In this document: positions 1 through 17,033 of the stretch, one piece after another | Layout: each line of letters opens with the position of its first letter | How positions within the stretch are numbered: position 1 is the first letter of the stretch | DNA from: the human T2T-CHM13v2.0 reference genome, Homo sapiens | Reading direction: 5' to 3' (one strand) | Assembly (NCBI RefSeq): GCF_009914755.1 | Contig: NC_060944.1 | Length of the DNA: 64,000 nucleotides | The notes under the pieces: model-generated | Told to the model about the DNA's origin: nothing | What the model saw: only the letters and a program-made list of their open reading frames with translations | Database searches by the model: none | Made by a program: the position numbers and the translations under genes

Positions 1-1199
1 GATCTCAGGTTGCAAAGAGGGCTTTTTGCTCTCAGACATGGGGTAGTGGGAAGCTTAGAAGACAGACGGGGTTGAGACCACCTTTAACAAGCAGTGAGAT
101 CTTGGGCAAGCTCTCTGTTAAAGGAGGGCTCACATGCTGAGGCCCAGGTGAAGACCACATGAGGCCTCCCTACAAGAGGCTCTCTCTAAATCCAACTGGT
201 ATGGGGGAACCTCAGCCCAGTCTCTTTAGCTGAGGATCTTTAAACCAGCCACAATTTGTTTCTGCAAGACGGTGAGATTTTTAAGAGATTTTAACTCTTG
301 GGTACAGTTTCACGCTGGGCACTCAGGAGAGATAGATGGAAAGGCACTAAGGGAATAGAAAGAGTGGACAAGGCGGCTCAGGGACAAGAGAACCAAGAGG
401 AAGAAAAAGGCAGGAAAACATGAGGAAAGGGAACCCTCACTCAGCTCACCGCAGTGCTCAGCGATACGCAGAATGCCTTCCTTCCTGCAAGTCCAGAGGA
501 TACTGGAACCTGCCTCTCGTTCTCATCTCCCCCGCCCCCCAGCAGAAGCTGGCTCGGCTGTGGAGGCCTGGCCAGACTATCCACTCTGGCCTTCCCCACC
601 TACAAGGTGACGAAGTCAGCTTTATCCCAGCTTACCTGCCGTCACTATTCCTGGGAGCTGCCCTCCCTGGTGAGAAAGGCATTTGGAGAATCTACAGTCT
701 GGGTATTTGAATTTGAACTCCACTAGCAAAAGAATACTTTTTCCTAACCGAATTTATTTTAAAAGTAAAACCCAAAGGAGGAAACAAACTCTTCAGTTGT
801 TTCAATAAATTGTTCCTTAAATATCCCCAATTCACAAACAAAACCCCACAAGTAGCACCGATTTACAACAGGATGTGGCCCAGAAAGCAGGAAGGGGGCC
901 AAGAGCGCTCCAGCAGGAAGCTTAATAGGTGGTCCATGGAGAAAAACACGATGGGTGCATCACAAATAGGTGTAAACAGTACACTTTTGTAATGTGTAGA
1001 CACCAGTTTCTGCAACCCCCATGCCACGCAAAGTTTCAGGGAAAGTCTTTGAAAGTACAATCCGGAAAACTCAGCAATTCTTAAAAAAAAATGGCTTTCC
1101 GCTGTTATAAGCCTCCTTCCTAAGACTCAGGGTCCGCAGCAGAATACCCTGACCCAAAATAAAAATACTATGACAAAAATACTCCAGGAGGCAGCCGGC

Positions 1200-1760
1200 T
1201 TTACTTCGTTTAAAGCCGGATTTCGCTTAGTCCCGTGAAAGCGAAGGAGCACCAGCGCTTCCTGATTCCGCACAGTTCTCTCGGCAGAGACGGCCCGTCC
1301 TCTCCAAGAACCGGAAGCCGGACAGCGTCAGGACGTTTTATTCTTCTCACCTGGGATTCAGAGAGGCAGCGGCCAAGGACAGGGCCCCCGCCGAGGCCAC
1401 CGGGCAGCGTCCAGGTCTCGGCCTTTGGGAGGGGAGCAGCGGGGGAGGGGCACGGGGAGGGGCGAGGGCGGGGCGCGCCTGGGCCTCGGCGCTGGGCTCC
1501 TCCTCTGCCCGCTCCGGGGGACACCCACAGGATTCTTGCAGACCTCTGCCGAGGCAGGATGGAGGCCTGCAGGGATGCACCGCGGGCCCGCGACCCGGGC
1601 GGCCGGAACATAGTTCTTTCTGGCCGGAGATCGGCCCGGTCGTGAGTCGTGTCTGTGCCAGGCCCCCCACGCTGTGCTCCAGGGCCTCAGTGCCCGGCGC
1701 GCCGGGGGCTGTATCGCCAGCCACTTGGGGCAGGAAAAAGGAATCACAAAATACAACCCT
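1200..1760. promoter_or_regulatory. CpG-rich island within DIDO1 intron 1; candidate alternative promoter or enhancer
   Basis: Abrupt CpG/GC-rich block in AT-rich flanks; GC box (GGGCGGGGC ~1466); ETS-like ACCGGAAG ~1310; minus-strand donor CAG|GTGAGA at 1351/1350. Confidence 0.6.
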
Positions 1761-2065
1761 CTCCTTTACCCAGGAGGAGAACGTGGATTCCCAGAAAAAA
1801 GAAAAAGTGTATATATATATATATATGCCTACTGTTTTCTTATTGCTAACAAAAACTTCAGCCACTGTTTTGTTTTTTTTTTTTGAGAAACTGATGAATT
1901 TTCTTTACTTTTACGTTGTATAAGGCCAGCTAACTTTAACAGTTAATTTTAGATAAATCAACTCACCAATGCTAAAAGGTGTCACAATCAAATCGTCCAC
2001 TACTTCCCCTCAAAGCAAACACGAAAGCACTGCCTTTGGCTCCTTTGAAGAATACTAACCAGATC

Positions 2066-2346
2066 TGCCAGGCGCGGTGGTTCAAGCCTGTTCCCAGCAC
2101 TTAGGTAGGCCGAGGTGGGTGGATCGCCTGAGGTCCTGAGGTTAGGAGTTCAAGACCAGCCTGACCAACATGGTGAAACCCCATCTCTACTAAAAATACA
2201 AAAATTAGCCGGGCGTGGTGGCAGGCGCCTGTAATCCCAGCTACTCGGGAGGCTAAGGTAGGAGAATCGCTTGAACCCGCTGCACTCCAGCCTGGGTGAC
2301 AGCGAGACTCCGTCTCAAAGAAACAAACAAACAAAAAAAAAAAAAA
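2066..2346 (+). mobile_element. AluS-type SINE with internal deletion
   Basis: Alu consensus; right-arm deletion before CTGCACTCCAGCC; A tail; TSD CAGATCT at 2060-2066 and 2349-2355. Confidence 0.9.
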
Positions 2347-3046
2347 CACAGATCTTTGTCTACCAAAGGGCAAATGCTACGTTTGTGCATCACTGAGTAA
2401 CAGCACTGCCAGAAAAGGCAACTTCACAGAATTCACCCACTCAATGAATTCCGCTGAATGCTGTTTTGAGACAACCAACACAGAGGGAGAGCATGGACGA
2501 TAGTGGGTAACATAAGGGGAACCGGCAAGATGGAAAAGGGCCAGGAAACAAAAGAATTCAAGGAAAAACAGAAACAGAAGTTAAACTTTGTGTTCCAACC
2601 CCAAAGACCTCTAGAAAGCTGTGGGATGTGATGGAGCTACACGTTCTATGCGGCATATGAGAATCATACCAATTTTCTGTCTTTTAGACAAAAGAATAAA
2701 TGTGAAATAGGAAAAAGGGAGGGAAATGAGATGGGAGGAGGGCATCACCCCCTTTAATGCTGTACCAAATTACTATACAAACTGAATTGTTGTAATTAGA
2801 ATTATGGACAGTGTCTTATCATTTGTATGTTACCAGAAACCTGTGCTATGACTTTTAACTAGAAAAACAACAAGGGATGATGGATCTTTCTTTGGTCACA
2901 TTAGCCTCTGTAAGTTACTCAAGACAGCTGCAATGAACTGACAACAATATCCACAAACAAGGCAAAAGGAACTTCTCATGGCAGGGAACTGAATCTGGAT
3001 GTTATTCTCAGTTCTGTCATTTTCCAGATACCTTTAGAAAGAATGA

Positions 3047-3376
<330 letters not shown>

Positions 3377-4169
3377 TAAGGAGTGAACACATTAATACAG
3401 AACCATGCTCATCACTCCTTCCTCTGAGAATGTTTCATGTTTCTCTAAGGTGTCTAAGTTTTCTCTTTGAGGTCAGTGAAAAGTAAATAAAAACAACTTT
3501 GGAATAAATCAATATTTTAGTTAAGTATAGGGCAAAAAACTATTTCTTTTCTGACTGGTTTTATCTCAACCATCTTTAAAGGAACACAGCAAACAAGCCA
3601 AAAAAACGCTTGGACAGATTCTGACAGAATAAGAGTAAAGTGGTTGTACCCAAATAGGACATTTACCCTTACAGGCTCTTCACACCACGGAATAGAGACC
3701 CGCGAAAAAGGGGAAACGAACCCATAGACGACTGAATTCCTGCACCTGCTGGCGAGCACCAGGAGGAAGGTGCAGGGATGTCCATGAGGTCAGAGACAGC
3801 CATCAGTTCACACTGCATTCCAGACGCAATGGGCCCCGGCCCCATTCTTGGGCCTTCTACCTAACCTCAATGCCTTGGGAGTATGGGACCTTAGGGGTAA
3901 GGATAGGGCTACAATTGTGCAGGCTACAATTAAAGATTTTTTTCTTAAATGAAAACACTTTAAGAAGTGAAAGAGACTCCAGCAACCTTCCAGAATTTGT
4001 CCAGATATGAATAACTATATAAATTAATTCCTGCTCTTGCTTAGTTCACAAAAACAAAATGGTAAAACTGAGAAAGAGTGTGTTTGGAGGAAATACCAAC
4101 AACAACAACAAAGACTGAGGTATTAGCAGTTTCCAAAAGACACCCAAATGGGAACTGGAGGTTTTTTCC

Positions 4170-4440
4170 CTTCAGGGAGGTCTTGCTTTGTTGACCTGGC
4201 TGGTCTCAAACTCCTGGCCTCAAGGGATTCCCCTGTCTCAGCCTCCCCAAAGTGCTGGGATTGTAGGTGTGAGCCACCCTGCCTCTTTCATTCCAATAGG
4301 AAAGTATTTAAAGAGTAAATGTAGGGCCAGGCACGGTGGCTCACGCCTGTAATCCTGACACTTTGGGAGGCCCAGGAGAGAGGATCACTTGAGCCCAGGA
4401 GTTGAAGGCCAGCCTGGGAAACATAGGAACTCTTATTTCT
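4170..4440. mobile_element. Two opposed Alu monomer fragments (~4170-4285 minus, ~4324-4440 plus)
   Basis: Partial Alu left-arm matches in opposite orientations. Confidence 0.7.
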
Positions 4441-5044
4441 ACTTCTACCTGCCCATCAGACACGTGATCACAACAGCTGCATGCATACAAATAACTTAAG
4501 ACACAGAGAGAACTATCCACATGTATGTGTGTATATTTACATATATTTTTTGTTAATTTTTATAAAAAAGAAAAGTCAGATCCCAAACCAGTAACTGTCT
4601 ATCAAATCCTGACCAGCCAGGTTCAAACTACATAATCAAACTCAAATGAAATAGTACATAAACAATGCTTTGACCATGTACATTGCTACTCAAAATACTC
4701 TTTGGCCTTTCCCACTGGTCTGCAATGGCAGGACTGTATCACCTTCCCTCCTACCACATTTGTTTCAGGTAACAGTATGCTAGATACGGTTTGTCTCAAC
4801 CTCAGCAGGAGTTAAAGGTTTTAAAAAAATAAAAATAAAAATCAAGAAAAGATTATTCTTGCTCTCACCCAAACAAACTTACAAAATATTCAGTGCTTTC
4901 TGATTTAGTGGTATAATCTAGAAAGGGAAATAAAATCAGGCAAAAAGAGGGAGGGGGAAGGTCACCTATATCAAACAATCACCAGTGAAGATTCTTTACA
5001 GGGTCTGGGTTCACCAGACACATGGTGTCAGAATATGTGCAGCA

Positions 5045-5346
5045 GGCCAGGCGCCATGGCTCATGCCTGTATTCCCAGCATTTTGGGAGGCCCAGGCAGG
5101 TGGATCACCTGAGGTCTGGAGTTCGAGACCAGCCTGACCAACATGAAGAAACCCCATCTCTACTAACAATACAAAATTAGCCGGGCGTGGTGGCGCATGT
5201 CTGTAATCCCAGTTACTCAGGAGGCTGAGGCAGGAGAATCGCTTAAACCGGTAGGCGGAGGTTGCAGTGAGCCAAGATCGTGCCATTGCACTCCAGCCTG
5301 GGCAACAAGAGTGAAATTCTGTCTCAAACAAAAAAACAACAACAAA
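5045..5346 (+). mobile_element. Full-length AluS
   Basis: Alu consensus; TSD AGAATATGTGCAGCA at 5030-5044 and 5347-5361. Confidence 0.92.
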
Positions 5347-5704
5347 AGAATATGTGCAGCAGACTAAATAGTAAAATTCTTCCTTACCTCTTTCCAACAT
5401 CTCTAATTGTTTAAAATACTGTGAAAAGTGAAGTTCATGAAAATTGAGGTCTGAGTGTTTCCTACCTACTTCTGCTAACCATTCTAAGCATCAACAACTG
5501 ATGGGTTTATCAATTATCCTGAAAAGTAAGGTGGTTTGATTTGCCCAATCTCTTTGAAAGCCTGAAGTCTCCAGTATGTAGGGGTTTGATTTTATGCTTT
5601 TGGGTTTTGAGAGTAAAACAAAACATCCATGGGAATAATGTGGTTTTGAAACATGGCTGATATCCTGGTTTTTAAACATTCTATGATTTGAGTAAAGGAA
5701 GCAC

Positions 5705-5960
5705 TCTATGCAGTGGTTCACACCTGTAATCCCAGCACTCTGGGAGGCTGAGGCAGGAAGACTGCTTGCACGCAGAAGTTTGAGAACAGCCTGGGCAACA
5801 TAGTGAGACCTCTCCTCTACAAAAAATAAACAAAATTAGCTGGGTGTGGTGGCTTCCGCCTGTAGTCCCAGCTACTCAAGAGGCTAACATGGGAGGATTA
5901 GCTGGGAGGTGTAGGTTGCAGTGAGCCATTATCACACCATTGCACTCCAGCCTGGGCAAA
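5705..5960 (+). mobile_element. AluJ-like element
   Basis: Diverged Alu consensus. Confidence 0.8.
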
Positions 5961-6399
5961 CTGCTCTCCCCTTTTTAAAAACTCATTAATGTTCTTTTAA
6001 GATTAATATACCTTTAGCACTCCTCTTTCTGTTCATCTCTTTCAATATGAAACAACTCAAGTTCAAAGCCACCACCTCAGCTTGCAAGACACTGGAAGCT
6101 CTGAACACCTGGTTGCCCCTCAGCTGACTGTAAGGGCCAAGCCTTTGGTTTCTCTCATCCACATGCCCACCTCTGTCATAGGAAAGCTCAGGCAGTTGAT
6201 GAATCCAGCAGGCTGAAGTCCTTGTCACTGTCCCAGATGCCAACCCGTGTGGCCCTGCACCCTCTCCTGTCCCGGGACCCACCTACCTCTTTCCTGCTCT
6301 CCTGCACTCTTGGTGAGCCTCCATGCTGGTGGCTTCAGGGCTCTGGCCCAGGCTCTCCTCCTCTCCCTCCACCCATCCCTTCTCCACAGAGACTTCATG

Positions 6400-8150
6400 C
6401 ACACCTGGCTGTAGTTGCCTTTATCTCTGCCTGGATCTGGGCACCATCATTCACCTGCTCCCCTGGCATCTCCACGTGAATGCCTCAAATGCACTTCAAA
6501 ACCTACCTAACACATGCAAAATGAGCTTAGGACTTCTGACCTCCCTACTACATACTTCCAGGCTCTTCTCTGGCGTTCCCTATCCAGAGGATGGTCCCAC
6601 CACCCTATAAATTCATAGGCCAGAAGCTGAGAAATTATCCTTGACCCCCCTCCCTGCTCCTCAGTCTCACCTGCTGCTGCAGCGTTTTGTGGCATCTAGC
6701 TCACTGCTCACTTCTCAGTACATAAGTGCATGGCCCTAATGGCTTCTGAACACCTTCAACATACTACGCTGTCTTCACCTCACCCCTGCTCACCACACTC
6801 CAATGTTTCCCATTCCCATCACATCTCTCAACTTCTTGCTCTCTCACCAAAAACCATCAAATGGGGAGTTTTGGCACCTTCACCCTGGACTTCCCTGCCG
6901 CCTGGAAACTGCTAACATAGCTTCTCGAAACTGGACACCCTGTGGCTTCAGGGAGCGCCTTTGAAGCCCCTGGTTCTTGTCAGACCCCCCGGCCACTTTC
7001 TTGCTACCCTTCATAGGCAGCTTCTTCCTTAGTGAATACAGCTTGCAGCTCTGCATTCTGGACTTGATCCACTCCTTGTCTCCATGGGCTTCCTCTGAAT
7101 ACTGTACCCATCAACTCTCAACTCTAGCCCTGCTCTTCCCCTTGAGCTTTAGATGTGTCCCACAGGCACCTCCAATTGAATGAGGCCCACGGTGAACTCA
7201 CCACCTTTCCCTCGTTGTTGCACCTCCTTCTTCTTCATGATCATTCTCAGTTGGTGCCACCACCTCATCAGCTGGGCTACTCACCCGCATCACTCTGGTC
7301 TTCCTTCTTAGCTCCCACAAATTGTCAGTCACCAAGGACTGCTCATTTCCATCCTGACTGAAGGTCTCTTTCCATTTTTGCTAGTATTGCTTCCAGTTAA
7401 GATCCTCATAATCATTCACTCATTTATTCCTTCGTCACTCAACAAATAAATATTTATGGAGCTCCTATTACGATTTAGCCATAATCAACTCACATGAAGC
7501 TTACCATTTTATGCTGAATCATGACATCCCATCAGACAGCAACCACACGGACCGTGTGCTAAGAGCTACGAAGAGCTAAGTTAGGATTCTGTGCAAGCAT
7601 AAAGGAAAGGCACTCAATCCAGCTTTGTTAGGGAAGACTTCCCCGAGAAAGCCACGTCTCTACTGAGGAGGTGAGCAGGAGTTAGCCTAGGGAAGGCTGT
7701 TAGCTAGGGCCCAGACTGAGAGCACAGCGATAACAAAGCTTGTTGACATGAGAAAACCTCCAATCAGCTGGGATGGCTGGAGCAGAGAGTAAGATCAGGA
7801 GTGCAGACTTATAGCTGCGCTAACTTTACACAGGCAACTGGGGAGTCCCCAAGGGATGTTAGAAGGATAGAGTCAATGAGTGATGGCTTTTGGAGAGATC
7901 ACCCTGTCTGCTATGTGAGAGGTAGTGACAGGACTTCTGGAGCTCAACAGGAGTTACGGAGACATCCTGGCAATCCAAAAAGCAAAGATGATGGCTTCCA
8001 CGTTATGGTGGAAGAGGCTGGGAAACAACACAAAGGAGCCAGTTTCTAGAGAGGATTAAGGAGGGGGCTCGAGCAGGACTTGGTAACCGGTTGGCTGTTG
8101 GGAGGAGGAGCATTAACCTGTGACCCACAGGCAGGCACTGAGACAGCCTC
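6400..8150. mobile_element. Degenerate L2 LINE fragments
   Basis: L2-like phrases, e.g. CATCTCCACGTGAATGCCTCAAATGCACTTCAAA and CACTCAACAAATAAATATTTATGGAGCTCCTA; boundaries approximate. Confidence 0.45.
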
Positions 8151-8244
8151 TTTGGACTGGAATGTTAAGGAATGTCGCCTTAAGGCGCTAGCACTCAAGC
8201 TTTCTGCTCGTGCATCCCCTTGCACACTTTCTCCTTGACGTTCA

Positions 8245-8995
<751 letters not shown>

Positions 8996-9883
8996 GACCA
9001 ATAACTGTTTCCCATAGGGTTATGTAGTTGCAAATGAAAAAATTACTGGCATGTACTGCCTCTGCATATGAAGCATAATTTTGTCAAGACCTTATACCTG
9101 CAGATTTAGCTCTTTCGATTAACGGAAAATGTCCAAAATCAGTCTCCTCCAACCTATTTGCCGAACTGGACTTACTGTCGCTGAGTAGACCGACCGACAT
9201 AGCTTACACGTTGTTCAGCTCGCTTGTAAGCAAACACACGAAACCACCTCACCCCTGACTTCAGAAAGAAGCCGTCCCGTGAATTCCTCACAGATGAAAT
9301 CAGGAGCTGCCCCTCAAGGACTCTATTTCTTCCTTCGGCTCTATCAAATATTTTAAGGTACTTCCCAGCAACGGAAACATGGGACCCTGCAATGACAGAC
9401 TTCGCATTCCTCCTGAGCGGACAGGCAATAAGCAAGTAAACGCGCAAATACCCAAGTGCGGCCTCAACCCGCGCTCCTGCCGGGAGGGTCTCCAGTCACC
9501 GAGTAACCCCGGCCCTGCCCCGCGCCGCCGCCGGGACTCCGCCCCGCAAGCAAGTGGGGTCTCCTTTGTCCCGCGCGCCCTGGCCGCGTCCCGCCCTTCG
9601 GCGTAGCCCATGGGAGGCGCCCTGAGGGCAGGGCCCTTCTGATTCCCCACCTGGCCTCGAGTGAGGACGCGCTCAACAACATCTCGAGTAAAGCGGGGGA
9701 ACTCGCTTCAACGCGCAGACAGCACAGCTCTCGCCCAGCCCGGTCTCGGGTCAGCCGTCTCTCCCTGGACCTCAGGGACACTAGCCCTGGAAGGCCGCCG
9801 GTCGGGAGGGGACTCCCTCCCCGTCTGAGGGGCGGCCGCGGACACCCGGCGCCTTTCCCCCGCCCCACCCCGTGCGGCCTCAC

Positions 9884-10010
9884 GCAAACGACGGGAAAAA
9901 AGCTGGGACCTTCGCCTCCGACTCAGTGTAGACGTCGCCATCCCGGTTCCAGATTTCCGCGCTCCAACGCCTCCGCAGCAGCCATCTTGCCAGAGGGCCG
10001 ACGCCTTTTG
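9884..10010 (-). other. DIDO1: DIDO1 first (5'UTR) exon; upstream boundary approximate, coding exons lie outside the window
   Basis: Minus-strand donor TGC|GTGAGG at 9884/9883; head-to-head with GID8, matching the recalled DIDO1/GID8 arrangement. Confidence 0.7.
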
Positions 10011-10149
10011 ACTCTGGCGCCAACCCGTAGTGCGTGGTCGCCGCGAGGGGAGTTCTGCGCAAGTACGGAAGCTGAGGTTCCGCGCTTCCGGGAGGCCGTC
10101 CGCCCCGCCCCCTCGCGGGGGCGCTTCATTGGTCATCGGCTCGCGCTCT

Positions 10150-10367
10150 CGCGCTCTCTTGCTGTCGCGAGAGGTGCTGAGGGGCGGCCTCCGGTGCGCC
10201 TGCCCTCCCGCTCCCCGCCCCCGCCCCCGCCCCCGCCTCCGCCGCGGCCCCCACCTCTGCCTCCTTCTACTCGGGCGCCCCGGCGGCCGCCACCTCTCCC
10301 CAGCCCAGGAGAGGCTGCGGAGCCGCAGCCGCCCAGACCGCGCAGCGCGGGAGGCAGGTTCCGCACG
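10150..10367 (+). other. GID8: GID8 non-coding exon 1 (TSS approximate)
   Basis: Donor ACG|GTAAGA at 10367/10368 within the CpG island, upstream of the first coding exon. Confidence 0.75.
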
Positions 10368-10598
10368 GTAAGATGGCGGCGGCGGGCCCGGGCGGCCGGG
10401 CCGAGCGTCTCCCGGGGCCGGGCCGGGCGGGCAGGCGGGATGTGGCCGGGGTGCGCGCCGCCCCCGCTCTGGGGGCCTTGGAAGCGCCGGCGCTGGCAGG
10501 TGCGGAATTGGGGCGCGCAGTGAGTCCAGGCCCGGACGGCCGCCCCGCGCCGGTGCCCAGGGGGCAGTCAGGGCTCAGCCTCCAGGCGCGCGGCCTCA

Positions 10599-11264
<666 letters not shown>

Positions 11265-12125
11265 TTACCATTAATTGTCGTGAATAAAAAGTTGGTCTCA
11301 GTGAGTTTTGCAGTTGACAACGAAAGATGGGTGTTCGTGTGTGACAGCGACTCCTGGTTTCTCCTCCACTTTACCTGCCGCTCCACATCAAGTTTTCTTC
11401 TGCTGGTGCCACTTTCTCTGCTTTACCTTCAAGGTTGGCATCCTCCAAGTAATGGCGATTCTCATTCCCTATCTACGCTCTTCCTATGGTCTTTGCTGAA
11501 TTCTTGGCTTTAAATATCCCTGTGCCCCAGCACCGCCCCCCCCGCCCCTTATTTCACTAATTCATGTTTTCAGCTCTGAGCTCAGGATCTGTAATTCAGA
11601 CACCTGCTTGATTTCTCCAGACGCATGTCTAATAGTCACGTCAAACTTGCCCTGCTTCTCAAACCTGTTCTTCTTCCAGTCCTTCCTCCTTATTTGTGGC
11701 CCCATCTTGCAGGGCCTCTCATGCTTGAAACCTGTGACCATCTTCTATTCTTCCCTCTCTTTTGTCCGGTAATCTGTCTAGCAGCAGCCATTGACTCTGG
11801 CCAAAGCATCTTGATCTCACCTTGCTCTCCATCTCTTCTGCCGATGTTCTCTCTCGCTTGGGTGTCTCCCTAAGGGACTGGCTGCTCAGATCTCACCACC
11901 CTGCATTCATCCCATTTTCAGCCAAGAGACCAAAGTTTTTTAATTTATTGAAACACTTTAGCAGTACTTAGTATAAAGTAGTATGTGTAACGTATGTATC
12001 AGTGGCAAAAGAGAAAGACAGAGTGGACGGTGGCGTGCCCCTGCCTGTCTCAGGTATCCACCCATTCTCCCAAAGCCGGAACAGCTGCCTCTGGGGCTTC
12101 AGCCATTTGCCCCTCCCACAGGTAA

Positions 12126-12764
<639 letters not shown>

Positions 12765-12875
12765 GCAACTCTCTTTTTTCATTCAGCATTGTTTTATGAG
12801 AGTCATCCAGGTGACTTTGTGTCATGTTCATTTATTTTAACTGCTTTATGAAATTCTCTTGTGTGAATACATGAC

Positions 12876-13160
12876 CACAGTCCCTTCTCAGCAATGCTAA
12901 AAATCTAAACATCTCTGAAACCACAGTTTTTGGTTTTGTTTTTAACCTATTTGGTGGCCAAAACCTCACCAGGTAAAGTTTAATAGCCTCTACCACTTAG
13001 TATAGATACCTAACACATTTCAGTGAAGAAATAACGTCTGATGATGGGGAGTGCCCCCAAACCCCAGTGAGGCTGTTACATGGTAAATTGTGCCAAATAA
13101 TTGTACATTGTACATTGAAGAATTCTGAATTCCAAAACCCATCTGCCCAAGGGTTTTAAA
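12876..13160. mobile_element. DNA transposon relic, MER96B-like (hAT)
   Basis: Ends resemble the recalled consensus (CAGTCCCTT... and ...AATTCTGAATTCCAAAAC.CATCTG.CCCAAGGGTTT). Confidence 0.5.
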
Positions 13161-13616
13161 CATGCAGTTCTGTGCGCCACAGTCCCTTGGTCCACGCTGC
13201 TGTTGAATGAACGCTCAGGTGGGTGGCTTCCACATTCCTGCCGCTTTGAACGGTGCTTCTGTGAACAGCGTTGTCTGTGTTTGGTGCATCCTGGTGAGTT
13301 TTTCTAGAATATAAATGTATTAAAAGTAGAATTGCTGGGTTGTGAGGAGCACACATGTTCAGCTTTGTAAGGAGTACCAGATTGTTTTTGTAGCACAGTC
13401 CGTTCTCCTGATACCAGAGTAGAAAAAGTTGAAGTGAACTTATTCTTTGCTAAGCATTGGCATTCTCAGTCTGGTGGGTGTCCCACGGCAGCGTTGTCTT
13501 TCCGTACATGCTCAGTGTGGGATTCTCCGGCTCACAGCTCTTCCAGCGCTGCCCTCTGCCCTTGGAGGAGCATCTAAACCCCTCCCTCAGCTGTTATTTT
13601 TTTCCTGTAGAAATAA

Positions 13617-13754
<138 letters not shown>

Positions 13755-14291
13755 TGAGGATGCTGTTGCATGAATGTGATTCTCCCTTTTTGAACACATA
13801 AGGAGTGCTGTAGCACTGAGGTTTGATGACGTAGTTATTTGTGTTCAGACATTATGAAAACACAATGCTAACCTGGTAAGTTTGGAAGTTATCATGTGAA
13901 AGCCTTTTCTGAAGATGAGATTTTTCCAGGTCTCTGAGACCTAACACAAACCCATTTTTCAGCCTTTGACAGTTTTACAGTTACTCAAAATAATTGAGAC
14001 TGTTGTGAAGTAAGTATATTGAAAGCCTAAATAGTTGATCTCTTCTGGCCAGTCTGCAAAAATATGCTGGCCTGTTTCTGGAAAGTATGCCCAACTCAGA
14101 GGATGGGAATGGGGAAGAGCAGAAGCGTGCAGAGGGAAATAACAGTCAGGCTGTTCTTGATGTCAACTGGAGGAAGGGCAGTGCTGTATATGGCAAGAAA
14201 ATAGATGTTTTTAAAAGACATGACATGAAAAATCTCCCTCCTGTTAGTCCCCAGTTCCTTCTCCCAAATTAATCTCTGTGAAACTTTTTTG

Positions 14292-14621
<330 letters not shown>

Positions 14622-15087
14622 TCAGGGGCAGGGGAAGGGGCACACATGCTGGCTTTGAAAAATTGTAGACACTCTTAAGAGGTGGGAGTCAACAGGCCAC
14701 TGCAGGTATAGCTGACCATGGAGGGCCCCTGTGCTGTGGAGGCTGAGCCAGTGTGACTTGCCTAACCTGGCACCAGAGCTGCGGCTGCTGGCGTCTGGAC
14801 CTATTATCTGTCCTCTCAAAGGAGCCCACACCAACACACTGGGCCAGCAGCCATTCTGACCTCTTTGGCTAATGGGTTAGAGTTTTTGGATGGGATAACA
14901 AGGAATGAAGTATACTCTTCTCATTTTCTATATGTATTTTGAGAGCATAACTTGTAAATTATAAAGATATTAATACCGAGTTCCTGAGAAAGTGTGGTTC
15001 ACATCAGAGGTTATTAATTGAGGCAATTGGAGTTTCTGGAGATACAAAGTCTTTGCCTTAATTCCTTGCTAACTTTCCTAGCAGTGA

Positions 15088-15321
<234 letters not shown>

Positions 15322-15527
15322 TAGTCTGGTTTGTGAATACTTGATAAGTTAAAGTTATTTGCAATGATTGAGAAATAACTAGGCTAATTTGCTTTAATAA
15401 TGTTATTTCAATGCATGTGAGGGGGAGGGGTTTGAGTTTGCTCTTTTATGTAGTTCAGAAGCGGTTTTTTGTTTTAAAAATGCAAATTTGATAACTCAGA
15501 GATGCAAGAAAAGTCTTCCCTCTGTGA

Positions 15528-15857
<330 letters not shown>

Positions 15858-15956
15858 TGAGGGGGCTTCGTGACAACGCCAAGTGTGTGGCTTTGCTGTG
15901 TGGACTGAGAGACAGGTGGCTTCTGTGCCTGGGATGCTAAGTGGTTCCTTCATGGC

Positions 15957-16260
<304 letters not shown>

Positions 16261-16859
16261 TAATCTTTTATCTTGTCAAACTAGGGACAACGGACTTGGT
16301 GATCGTTACACAGTATTCACACCCTTTGCTGGTGTCTTATATTTATCTGAACCTTCTTTCTGTTTATGTCCCAAGTATTTCTCATTTAAAATCCTGTCTT
16401 CTGAAACTTTTCTCTCCTCGCTGCTATGTTTTTGTCTGGCAGAACATGACAGCTCCTCGCCTTCCCAGACCCAGGTCCCTCTTCCCCCGGGTCCTCTCCC
16501 GGGGGCTCTGTCCTCCCTACGCTGTCTTGGAAGGATGGCCTGTCCTAGAGTCCACTTGAGATGTTTTCTTGAGGCTTGTGAGGAGGGTGCTGGTATGTCC
16601 TGCTACGCTGGTCTTACCTCTCTCCCAGTCCCCTCAGCACTTTGTTCAAGGCTTGCTCATGGCACTTAACTGCCATCGAGGTTGCATGTGACGTTTAACA
16701 ACCAGACTGTGAGCTTCCCCAGGCGAGGACTATGTATTTCATGTCCTGAGAGTGTCTCGCAGTTAAGAGCTTAATGTTTGTTTAAACTGCCTCTTTTTAA
16801 TAGACTCTGCTGGTGCTCTGCGTGTATGGTGGTTTTTATCAGATGTATTTATATTCTAG

Positions 16860-17033
<174 letters not shown>

